64,000 nucleotides of DNA from Camelus dromedarius (lineage: Eukaryota). Where the stretch lies: assembly GCF_036321535.1 (NCBI RefSeq), contig NC_087437.1, positions 120,902,001 through 120,966,000 of the forward strand. Reading direction: 5' to 3'. The notes beneath the pieces are model-generated. The model made no database searches. It was not told the origin of the DNA and worked only from the letters and a program-made list of their open reading frames with translations. A program made the position numbers and the translations under genes. This document shows, one piece after another, positions 10,487 to 22,400 of the stretch (its first letter is position 1; each line of letters opens with the position of its first letter).

Positions 10487-13400
10487 CTGTAAAGGAGAGA
10501 GGGGCTCAGTGCCCACCCGAGGGCCCCGCGGGCTCCGGAAAGGCCGGGACGGTGGGCGGGGAGGGCCCCTGGAGAGGGGCGGGCGCCAGTCTCACTGGAC
10601 TACCTGAGGTCTCTGGTGGAAACGCCCTTAGGAGACCTCACACCTTCTGTGAGTCTTTTCCCCGGTGGTAGAAAGACAAGCATGACCAGGGTCCTCACAT
10701 CTCCCGCCTCCCCAGGGAGGAGCCCATCCTACAAGAAGAGGGCACAGAGGGTCCCCAAGGACAGACCACTGGCCTAGCTCAGCGGGTCCTGCTTTCAGCG
10801 GGGCGAGGCCCCCCCCCCCCCAGAGCAAACCCACAGAGAAGGGAGGCGGGACTGTGGGCAAGGCCCGCTGTGTTCAAGGGTGGTGCTGCCCAGTGCGCCC
10901 GCGCCTGCAGGTCCCGGGCCACTTGTGCTGAGGACTCCCGCAGGGACCCCGCGTGCCATGTATGCAACCCTGGGACTCAAGGCGCCTGGACATGGCACCA
11001 GGCACCTCGCTGGAGTTGGGGGACACTTCTTGGCTTACTTTGGGGGAGTGAAGGCCACAGACGAGGGACCAGAAACAGGCAGTGCCCCTCCGGGCACTCT
11101 CCCGGCCCGCCTCCCCGGGGCAGCTCCACTGGCCAAGGGAGGACCGGGCGGGTGGTCAGCAAAATAGTCCCTGCTTCCAGGGAGGGTGGGCCTCCCTCCT
11201 CACGCCTGAGCCTGAAGGGAAGCACCTGCTGCGCTTCTGGGAACAGCCCCGCCTCCTCCAACGGGGAGAAGTGGGCGGGAGAGCGACCCCGCGGAAGGGG
11301 CGGAGTGACTCTCGAAGCTCCTGAGAAGATCACATTTTGGAAACCTCCTCCACCTCGCTCCCGCCACCCCCTCCCCACACACAGCGCCAGCGGGACAATG
11401 CTGGGATCGGGAGGTGCCGATAAGAAGTTTCCAGAAACTTCCTGTCGGGAGAACACACGACTTACTGTCCTGTAAGATGCAGTCAACGTTGGTTCAGCAC
11501 AAGGGCAAAGGCCAGACACGTGGGGTTTGGGGGAGAAGATGGCCACCTGCCCAAGGGCTCTGGGGGGACGGCACGTGGCAGAGACAGGACAGGAGGGCCA
11601 GCGTGGGGAGCAGCGGGGTGGGGGCTCGGGGCGGTGAGGCGGAGGGGGTGATCGTGAGGATGAACAGTCTTGAGAATTCTCGGGAGGCAGAGAAGGGTGT
11701 GTGCGTGTGTGTGAGGACCCAGGGCAGGCACGTGTGAAGGGCTGGAAGCAGCTCAGTGGCGCAGCCCAGAAGTGCACGGCGGGGCGAGCGTGAGGACACA
11801 GGCTTGTGTGAGCGCGTGCTGTGTGTGTGTGTGTGTGATGAGTGTGAGCGGGTGTGGGTATGTGAGTGTGTGAGTGTGAGTGTGCAGGGAGGCAGGTGCT
11901 CTAGTGGCTGGGGAGGGCGTCCCAGGACCGGGGCAGCGAGCCTTGCAGCCCGTGTGCAGGAGTTCGTCCAGAGGCGAGAGCCTCAGAGGCAGCAGTGCAA
12001 AAGCAGGGGAAGTTCCCCAAGTGGGAAGGGGGCACCCCAACCCAGGGCTTGTCTAGAATTCTTGGGGTGGCCCCACAGGCCCCCAGACACAGCCCCCAAC
12101 CTGGACGCAGAGGCTCCGTCCCCTCAGACTTCTGGCCCCGGTGAACCCGCCGCTGGTCAGCCCCCCACCCAAGCCTCCCAGGGCCTCGGGTGCACAGGAA
12201 GTACCTCCTCACGGCGGGGATGCTGCTCCACACGTGCACGGCGTTCTGGGTGGTCCTGCCTCGGACGTGCTGGATGGTCACGGGGTCCGTCTGAGGGATG
12301 AGAATGTTGGCGGTGAACCGGGGGACCCGGACCGTATCCTCCACCCCCACGGCGCCCACAGGCCTCGGCCACCATGGGCACCATCTCTGAGCCCTGAACA
12401 CGGGCCCCAGCCTCCCTGGACTGTCTTCTGGTCCACATGGCTGACATCTCACATCTCTGTTTTTGTAGTAAATCACCTCATGAGGGAAAAAGCTGACATA
12501 GTATTGTAAGACTTTTAACTGGTAGATATTTCATTCCCAAGGGCACATGGCCCAGGGACTCCCTACTCGCTCCAGAGCGGAGGTGGGTTCCCGTGAAGAC
12601 AGAGAAGTCCTGGGTCTTAGAACCAGGGGAGTCTCGTCTCAGGGAGATGAGAGGCTCTGTGGGCAGAGAGCAGGGTTTCCTAAAGGGCTGGTGCTTCATG
12701 GGGCCCGTGGGGAGTCCAGTGAGCACCTGGGTCCTGGTCACGTCTCCCCGGAAAGCACCGGCAGCCAGGGGAGGAAGGGCTAGTGGCAGGAGCTGTGGAA
12801 AGGATGAGGGCAGGGAGGAGAAACTGAGGCCACCCAGCTGCCAACACTCCACTTGGGGTGGCCTGGACTCCACCTCCCTGAACCGTCCCCGACACATCAG
12901 CCTCCTCCTGTGTCCCGACGCCTGGCCGGGAGGAGGCTCACACCGAGACGGACCACCAGCTGCAGAGCAGAAAGCGGCAGGTCCTGTATCGGCACGTCTC
13001 GCTGGTTCCCTGCCGTCAGCGGGAACGAGTCCACAGCGCGGTGGGAGCGGGCACAGGACAGGTGGAGCTTCTCTTTTGCCGACTCCTGGTTTGGGACCCA
13101 TTCTGATCTGCCAGACGTGCTCACAAAACCGCCAGTGTCTTTGCTGTGCTGCGCGTGTGCTGATCACTGCTGCCCAGGGTTGGCTGGGCTCGCGATCACC
13201 CAGGCGCAGATGTTTTGATAAATGCTGCACCTTACGAAGCTGGCCCTGACTGCTGGTATGTGGCGACGTGTCAGTATCTAAAACGGCCAGGCTTCATAAA
13301 AAGGAGAAATAACCACAGACACGCGGATGAAAGTACGAGAATCATGAGGACTTCTTGCCCGGCTCTATAGGAATGATTTGTTAACTTTAACTTAATGGCT

Positions 13401-16400
13401 TATATTCTGGGAAAGCACAGCTTACCAAACTGACCTCAGAAAAGACTGAAAACCTTAACAGATTAGTTCCCACAGAGGAGTTACTCCCACGTAAGAACAG
13501 CGGCAACCACAGCCAGCTCAGACGACGTCCCGGGAGAGCCCTGCCAAAGGCTCGGGCACGTGTGCGAAGCACGCTGGACACCGACACCCAAGCTCAGTAA
13601 CGGTGGCACAAAACACTTCAACTAAAAAAAAAACGGCACGAAACAAAACAAGAAACCTCACATACCCACCTCTGTCCTGTTATCAGAGCAAAAATCCCAC
13701 ATGAACTGCTGTTCACTGGGAGTCAGCAGTACGGCAACACAACCGTGTGCCGTGACTAAGGGTGTTTTCCAGGAAGGCAAGAACAGTTGTGCCTAGGAAA
13801 TCTGCTAGGAGATCACAGTCAGAGCCAGAGAAGAAGTGTAGTTACCTCCAAAGACATAAAAAAGAACATTTGACAGAATCCAGCAATTACTCTCAACAGA
13901 ATAACTCAGAAAAGCAGAAATCCAGGAGAACTTCTGGAAATTTCCTTAACACAGTGGACTGTATCAACTTTGACCTGAAAGCCAGCAACAGCTTAGTAGA
14001 GGAAACACTGGAAACATTTCCTCGAATGTCAGGAACAAGACAGGCATGTCCCGTCACTCCTGCGATTCAACATTGTCCCAGAGGCAGCAGCAACGTGTGA
14101 CAAGAGACAGACATTCGAGGTACAAAATGAAGAAGGAAAAACAGTCCCTGTCGGCAGACGACCTGCCCCACTCCCTAGACAGGCTGCTGAGCCATCTGCA
14201 GGTCACTGCCGGCTACAAAGTAGCCCAGGAGGGCGACCAGGTCGGGCTAGCAGGGGTGGGGCAATAGTTTCTTACGCACAAACCAAAACCAGTTGACACG
14301 GGTGGGAAACCCCCACTGCAGAGGAGGGAGGAAGAACCCTGCGGCGTCTGGGAGAAGGCGAGGGAACGCAGAGAGAGGGGGCCGCCCATGGGCGGGCGGG
14401 GGAAACGCAGCGCAGCCCGGCCCGGCGGGGCCTCGGGGAACACCCTCCCCGGCGGCGCTGCACCCCTGGGGACCGCGCCTGGACCCTGCGCCCGCACTCC
14501 AGGCTCCATCCCGCAGGTGTGTCCCCACACGCCCCTGCCCTGAGTATCCTTTGTAACGGCATCCCCCTTATCCGTTAGTTGGAACAGGTTCAATGCATTT
14601 TCCACGTCCACACACAGTAAAACCGCACAAAGCAAGACGGATGCAATAAAACAAAGACCGGGGAAGAGCCGTTCGGAACGGGAGGATTTCCCAGGGAAAC
14701 GCTGATTGCCAAAAGCCGGCCGCAAGGCAGCGGCGCGGGCAGCCCCGTGCGCCTGTGAGGACGTCCTGGAGGAAGCCCAGGACCCGAGGGCAGAGGTGGA
14801 GGGGGTGGCGGAGGTGGGGGCGGTGGGCTTTGGCGACCAGTTTATGAACCCTTGATCGTGGGGAGCCGTCCCAAGAGGAGGGGACACTGGGCCTGGGCTG
14901 GGGCTGCCCTTTGAGTGGGGGGGTAGCGGGCAGGGACGGGCCTGGTCAGCCCTGGACAGACTGGTCACTGAGCTCGCACGTGAATGCTCTGATGGTCAGG
15001 ACTCAGACAGGAGGAAACAGCAAGACTGTCGGTGGCCCAGGAGGGGTGTGAGTGCGTGTGTGTGGTGTGTGCCAGTGCCCTGTGCCCTGTGCGCCGTGGG
15101 GTGTGAGAGCGACTGACGTGTGTGCACACGGGTGTGAGTGTGTCACTGCACGCACTGCGTGCTGACGTGTGAAAGTGCACAGGGCGTGTGCGCAGATGGC
15201 GTGGGGGGGGGGAGGACACGAGCCCCGGGGGCAGCGTCCTGAACCCAGCGCAGCTGGGAGGCACCCTTGGGAGTGGGGGTGGGGGCTCAGTGGTGCGGTG
15301 GCCCTCGTGCTCCCCACAAACTCGGAAAACTCAGGCCTCGGGGGCAGGAATCTAAGGGGTGCCACCCCCACCAAGGGGCCGCTGGCACCCCTGGGCCCTG
15401 GCCCGCACACACCTCCAGGAAGCGAGTGGCCACGGCCCGGTCCTCCTCGGTCAGCACCAGATTGTCCACAAACATCCAGAAGAAGGGCTGCTGGCTGCCC
15501 CGCCGGGGCCTCGCGTACTGCAGGACACGGTGGAACTGGAACAGGTACCACCCTGGGGGGGGGGGTGCGGGTGCGTCTGGGCTCTGCCCCGGGGGCGGGG
15601 GTGAGGGGCCCTGGCGGGGCGGGGTGACTGCGGTGCGGCCAGCCTGGGCCCCGGGCGTCCATCTGCTCCCCAGGGCAGCCCCGTCCCCACAGAGGGCTCA
15701 AGGGCTCAGGGCTCCCTGTCAGCTGGGGCTGCAGACCCAGTCTCACCCAGTGGGCCCGGTACTGAGACAAGGCAGGTGACAGAGAAGCCGGGCAAGCACC
15801 TCACAGGGATACCCAGCTCAGCGGAAGAAGGGCGGGAGGGGTGCCAGGCCGCCCTGGGGTGACAGACATAGTCATCGTCTCGGGTAGAGTGATGGCTTCA
15901 CAGGGTGCACACTTCAAAACCACCAAACTGTACTCACTGGAGACAGACAACTTCTGTGGGTCTGTGACACCTCAGTGCAGACGACTTGCCACTTCTGCCC
16001 TCCCTGAGGAGGGCTGGGGCGATGGGAGGGGGTGGGGGACAAGAGGCCCCGGAGTTGGAGCAGACTTAGGTCTCTTACCAGGGGGGTGGTCGCAGGTGTG
16101 GCCAAGGGGGGGTGTAGAGCCATAGGTGAGGTCGAAGGGGCCCCATTCCTCCACCTGCAGGAAAGCACGGCGGCTCAGGAGTGGGGAGGGGTCCCCCAGG
16201 GCCCCACACCTTGCTCATCTAACCATGAGACTTAGGCTGACCCTCAGCCCAAAGGCCCCTGGGGGTCGGGGGTAATGAGACCCTCAGGGCCAGACCTGCC
16301 CGTGTGCTTCAGGGGACACACGGAGCCGGCTTTCCCATCTGGGAGAGGACAGCCCTCCGCAGAGCCCTGGGAACCTGACCGCTGACGAGTCCTTCGCGCC

Positions 16401-19400
16401 AGGTGTGGCCCTTACAGACGCCGCGGAACCGCGACCCACGGGCCCCCAGGGGTTCACGGGGATTTTGTGTGCTGCTGGGAAATACTTGACAGGCCCCCGA
16501 CAGGTCAGCGCTGCCCAGCAGCGGCGCCCTTGAGGGGCGGGAAGACCACCGAGGTGGCCCAGGGGACCCCGGGGCTCGCTCATGACGACTCTAGCCACTG
16601 TCGTTCTTAAAAAACTAGTCAAAGACCCAAATCCTGGACCCCTGGTTTTCCGACAGCACCCCCTCCAGAGCAGACCTGGCTTCCTTTGACGCCCCACCTC
16701 CCACCACAGCACTTGGCGGAAGCCTGCACTCAATGTCCACCCCAGCCTTGTTCCCCACGTGGCAGTGGGTTGTGACCCCGCCCAGGTGCGCTCCTGGTGG
16801 CACCTGGACACCAGGCTCTGTCACGGCTGGCTGACGGAGCAGGCCCGGGGGTGTCTGGGTGGGGAGGGGTGCGGGGACTAGAGGAGGTGGGTGTGGGCGT
16901 GGGCTGGCGAGGCCTGCACCCCAACACTGCAGGCCGCAGGCTGCCGTGCTCCCCTACCACCCCACGTTCCCTCAGAGGGAACACCCAGTTCTCTGATAGG
17001 GTCTTGCAGTCCTGCGGCTCGGGGAGGCCTCCTGTCACCCTCACGTCACGTCTTAACCATCCTGCCCTGCGAGGGAGGACCTTGCCCTGGGTGGGGGCTG
17101 GCGGCGTGCGGGGGGGGGGGGCAGGCTCCCGAAATGCTTCGTGGTGGGACGTCTGAAGGCGTGGGGGGAGAGCACAAAGAGGACTGTCCTGGCTCACGGC
17201 AGGGTGGACCAGGGGCGATGGGGGCCGGGGATGCTGCAGGAGGCTTCTTCAGGCTCCGGGCCAGGCGGGGAGCAGAGCTGTGAGGCCTCGGCCAGCATCC
17301 AGCGCAGAGCCAACCCCCACGTTGGCCTTTTCCTTGCTGCCACCTCTCGATGGCCAGCACTCCAGCCCCTCAGACCCTCTGCACGTGGTTGCTGGGCTCT
17401 GGGGACAGTGGGCTTTAATCCTGGGGTGAGAGGCTGTGCCCATGTTGGGGGCGAGAGACCAGGGTCCTCCTGCCCTGAGGCCACGGGAGGAGGCTCCAGC
17501 CTTTTCCCATCTGCGGAGACGGCTCGAGGCCGAGCTGGGCTCTGGTGAGTCATTTTCAGGCACTTTCTCCAAGGCCGCCGTCCAGGACAGCAGGAACTAG
17601 CCTTCCAGGGCCCCTGACCACTTCGCAGCAGCACCCAGAGGACGTGTGCAGACAATCCGCAGCTGTGGCTTCCCAGACTCAGCATTCTATTTCAGAAGGA
17701 GGTCTCGGGGCTGCCCTGTCATCACAGGGGGTGGGACTGGCCCCTGGATTCCAACAAGCCAGACAGGAGGTTTGGCCAATCGCTCTGCTGTGGGCTGTGG
17801 GCAGCGTGGGAGCCACAAAGGTGTCCTCTCACCTTGCCCACTGTGGGGGCCAGTCCCTGCGAGACCCTCCCACGCCGGACCTGCTGGGGACTCTCCCACC
17901 TCCCCGTCCCCTATCCCCGCAGCACCCCTGGGACCTCTGGCACATTGCCCTCCCCTTGGTGCCTGGAGGAACACAGCAGTACTTACGTCCCTCCTCACCA
18001 CGTCGGTGACATCATCCAGATGTCTCAGCCTCCCCGGCCCAGAGCCGCTTTCCAAAAAGCCCAAACTCGTCAACTCTGGGTGGGGAGCAGAGGGGGCACA
18101 GGAGGGCTAGTGCTGGTTTTGACCCCACGCAGAATCAAAAGGCCAGCACTCGATCGGAAAACGTGCCCCTCGTTAACGAGCAAACTTCATCTTTTCAACG
18201 ACCAGGCAGGGGTAAGCAGCCACCTCCACCGGGACTAACTTCAGAAAGTCGAGCCATTTGTTGCAGAACCAGGGTTCCCTGGCTGCGGTGCCCCTCTCTG
18301 GGTTAGGAAACCACTGGTGGTGGCAATCCACACGACGTCACCCAGCCAGGCTGTGTGGCACCACCGGGCTGCAGGGGCGTCCGTGGCCCCGGCACGGGAA
18401 GGAGCCTACAAACTGAACTAGTGATGCGCCATCCAGGCAGGGACTCGAAGGCCGGGTGGCCGTGGGCTGTGATCCCTGGGTTCCTTCGGGCACACGATGT
18501 GCCTGCTCTGTGCGTCCCAGGCCCCAGGTCCCTCACACGGGTGTGCATGAGGCGCTGGACCACATGCCACCGGGCACGCCACACAGCCCTGGAAGTGGGT
18601 AGATCCCCACCCCCCATTCCATTTGGCCAGAGACTAAGGAGTATTTTCATGGATTCTTGTGTCTGCTGGGCCGAGAAGAATCTGTAAGATTTCCAAAGGC
18701 ACCAGCAGGTGGGGGTCTGCTTGGGGCCGGAGGGGCAGGACACCCAGGCAGGGCTGGAACGCAGCATGTGACCGGCCAGGGCAATCCGGGACACTGGGGG
18801 AGAGGGAGGGTGCGGAGAGCCCTGCAAGGTGGCCAGGTGTGTGGAGGTGTCTGGGGCTGGGTGGCCGTGGGCAGGGCGGGGCCCAGGTGCTGTCCTAGGC
18901 AGAGCCCTGGGCCCCACGGGCCTCATCAGGCCCCCACGCCGCTACCCTGCCACCTGCGCCTTCTCTCCACGGCTCCGCTGCTGAAGGGATGAGCGCCAAG
19001 TGCTGCAGCGACACCCCCCCAACCTAACACCTCTTGAAAATGACCCTCAGGCCGTCTTCGTGCTCGGCGCCTGGCTCTAGACCTGCAGTGAGCGCGACAC
19101 TGGGGATGTCCCCCCCTCCCCAAACACGCACACCGGGTCCTCTGGGGTCTCGCTCCAGGCTGACCCATCTTCCAGGGTGAGTCCTCGGATGTCACCGCAC
19201 TCACCTTTCTTGATGTCCCCAAAAAGGGACAGCACCCGGACTGGCTCTCTCTTCCACACAGGCACAGTTTTGTACATCTCAAGGGGACTCTTCTATTCAA
19301 AAAAAAGAAAAAAAGAAAGGATGTTCTGATGACTACGTGGTCATAGAGCCCGTGAGGGACAAGAAGAATTCTCTCTGGCCCAGCAGAAGCATCTGCCCTG

Positions 19401-22400
19401 ATGAACAGAGGGCACACCTGCGGGGCGGCTGCCCCCAGCCGCGCCCCCTCCGGAGAAGACTCTGCCCTCCCCAGGCCATCTCTAGCAAAGGAACTGCGGG
19501 TTCACAGGTTCGCAGGTTCGAGGGGGTGTTCCCGATTGCGGAAGAAGAGAATTCCACCCGGGAGAGGCCGCTTCCCTTGTGTTTCTAAACACGCTCAGCA
19601 GTGGGATTCACCCGTCCCTCTCCGTCCCCTCTGTGGGCTCTGAACAGGGCCCATGTCACCCAGTACTCCCAAAGGAAGGCTACCAGTGTCAGGCCGCTCC
19701 CAGGCCAGGACTGAGCCAGCACCTGAGTCCGGCCACAGAGAAGCCAGGCTGAGGACCAAGGAGCCGAGAAGGCCTGGGGTAACCCAGCCTCTCTGCAGGA
19801 CACCCGGACCGCAGAGACCTGGGGGTCCATCTGCGAAACAAGCACCCCCAGAGCCCCCGCCCCCCAGGAGGCTGCCCTGGGGGGGTGCCTGGCCTCTGGG
19901 GAGCCCGGTGTCGAGCTGCGGATGGGAGACCAGGCCTGAGCCTGTCTGCCTGCACCGGGGGCACGCAGGACACCCTGAGCCACTGGGGAAGGGTCTACCC
20001 AGGGCTGGAGCAGATGGACGGTGCCCAGCCAGGTAAGGGTGGAGGAGCCAGTGAGCCCAGGGGTGGCGGGCAGGAGGTCTGGGGCTACCCAGAGGTGTGG
20101 GGAGGCGAGGAGGGCAGGAAGGGCCTGGCACAGGTGTGGCCCTGATGGACACTGGGGACATACGTCCTGGTTCCCACGGCAGCTGCAGGCGCAGCGCCTC
20201 CTCCCCCTGGCGGCCTGGCCCTGAGCTGTCGTAACAGCAGGTCTGAATGTCAGCTCCCTCTGCTTTCAGTGGGGAGCTCCCCTTGCAGTTTGCCAGCGTG
20301 GAGGGTGGGGGGGTGAGGGAGGTTTCTGCCACTAAATGGACCTGAAGACACTCCACTGGGAGCAAGGCGCCTTGATTCTGACAAGCACCGTAGAGGCACC
20401 TGCTCCCATCCGGTGTCAGGGAGTGCGGGACAGTGGGCCCACCATGTGCCCCTGTGGGTGGGTGGCCAGCAACGCCGTGCGGTGACTCTCCAGAACCAGC
20501 CTGGCCGCCAAGCACAGAGAAGAGATCCCCAGGCCAGCACTGGTTCCATGCTGCCCGGGTCAGCCCACACCCCTGCCCATCACCTGGCCACCCTCCCTCT
20601 GCGTCTGTCTCCCAGGTCCCCCTCCTTAGGTGACACCAGTTGTTGCACTTCCTGTCCCCTTGATCCAGGATGACCTCCCTCAAGACCCTATTTGCAAACT
20701 AGGTCCAGTTCACAGGTACCAGGTTAGGACTTAGATGTATCTTTTGGGGAGGACACAGCTCAACCTGCTTTGATGAGCCCACAGCCCCTGCCTAGCTCCC
20801 GGCTCCTGGCCTGGACCCTGGAGAGGTCCCACGTCCATGATGCTGTCCGGGCTGGACCAAGCTGACCCTGCGCAGGGTTTGCTCCCAATTGCCAGACTCC
20901 AAGGCCCACCTCTGCTGAGCCCCTCCCCTGCCGCCTACAAATGCCTCCTTCCAGGCTGGGGAGAAACAATTGCCATGCTACAGTAATTTTTAGCAGATAG
21001 ACCACCTAGCGGAAACTGCTCTCAAAGAGGAAGACAGAGAAGTGCGTTGGCTTAAAAGCCTTTAACTTCACCACGCGTCCAGATGAGCGTTTTGCGGCCA
21101 GTTGCCAGAGAAACTAACAGAGCCAGGGCCCGTGCCTGCGCCCTGCCCTCGAGGCCCAGCCGTCCGCGCGCCTCACCGCCTCGCGGTCGTAGAAGGCCTT
21201 CAGCCACCCTCGCCACTTCCTCCTCCTCTGCAGCAGCCCGCTGCGGGGGAAGGGCAGGCACAGGAAGCACACCCAGTTACTCATGGCGTGAACTCTCCCC
21301 GACGTCCCCGGGCCGACCAGCGTGTCGACGCACTCGAAACAGTAGCATCTAGAGTCGGACAGAAAACCACGGCGACAGGAATGGCGCTGCCGCCACGGCC
21401 TGGCGACAGCCTGGAGCATCCTCAGGCAGAAGTGAGCCCGCTCCTTGCCCTGAGCGAGCGGTGGAGGCCACACTCAGGCTCAGGGAGAAGACAGAGGTGG
21501 CATGTGGGGAGGCGAGTCTGTGGCCAGGGAAGGGGACCTGCCCCTCTTAGGGACCTGGGGAGTCAGGAACCCAGCCATCTGCAGAAGACAGCGGGGAACC
21601 CGGGGCAACAGCAGATTTCAGAGACGCCCCCAAGCCAGCTATCCTCCTCCTCCAAACTCCGGAGCCTGCGGAACCGGGTCAGGTCTCCCAGTAAACCCAA
21701 ATCCCTAAGGTAGGGGGTAGATTTGGGGTGGAGGAGGGTGGCCCGGAAGGACTGAGGGGAGGGGCCCACAGGTGGAGCTTGGGCTGGTGTGCAACGGCAA
21801 ATGAACATGCCCTGCCTGACCCCGGCTGCAAGGGGTGCCTGTGATCCAGGGGTCAGCTATGTCTTAGTGATTAAAAACAGAAAGAAAAATCACAAACAGC
21901 TTTTGACACCTCCCTCCCATAGGTCAAGGCTCTACACCAAATGAAATCTTTGAGACGGAAACTGAAAGCTTTGGAGAAAGTCATCCTTTTAGGGGGAAAT
22001 CCCCCTGCGCTCCTGGATGCGGAGCCTGGAAGGACGGGAGTTTCCTAGGCTTGTGGGCAGCGGTCCCTCACCCCCCCGCCCGGCCCCCGGGCACCGCGGC
22101 CTCACCGGGTGCAGTCGGGGTTTTCGCAGATGAGCAGCGTCTCTCCCGCACAGCAGATGGAGCAGTAGGACTGGTACCCGTCGTCATCGTACAGGAAGAG
22201 GCACTCCAGGAACTTGTCCTTGGCGAGGGCAAACCAGGCTGCCTCCTCCGCTCCGAGGCCTCCACGAAGCCACCCTGACCTCCCCGCTTACCTTGCATGG
22301 AGCACACATCCCTCCCTCAAACAGAGGGTGCTGCGTGTGCACCTGGAAGCTTCCACAGCAGATGCACATGTCTAAGGAGGAAAAGCACAGGGCGCCGTGT

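Noticed and set aside
11800..11885. TG/CA-rich low-complexity tracts here and at about 15045-15190 and 42460-42545
   Set aside because: These are ordinary degenerate microsatellites with no further structure.
19595..20683. 362-aa ORF in DNMT3L intron 6, and other ORFs over 200 aa (e.g. 10977-11777, 23615-24412, 57311-58201)
   Set aside because: They are Pro/Gly/Arg/Ala-rich with no recognisable domain, often start at non-ATG codons, and some overlap repeats. This is expected from stop-codon scarcity in GC-rich DNA.
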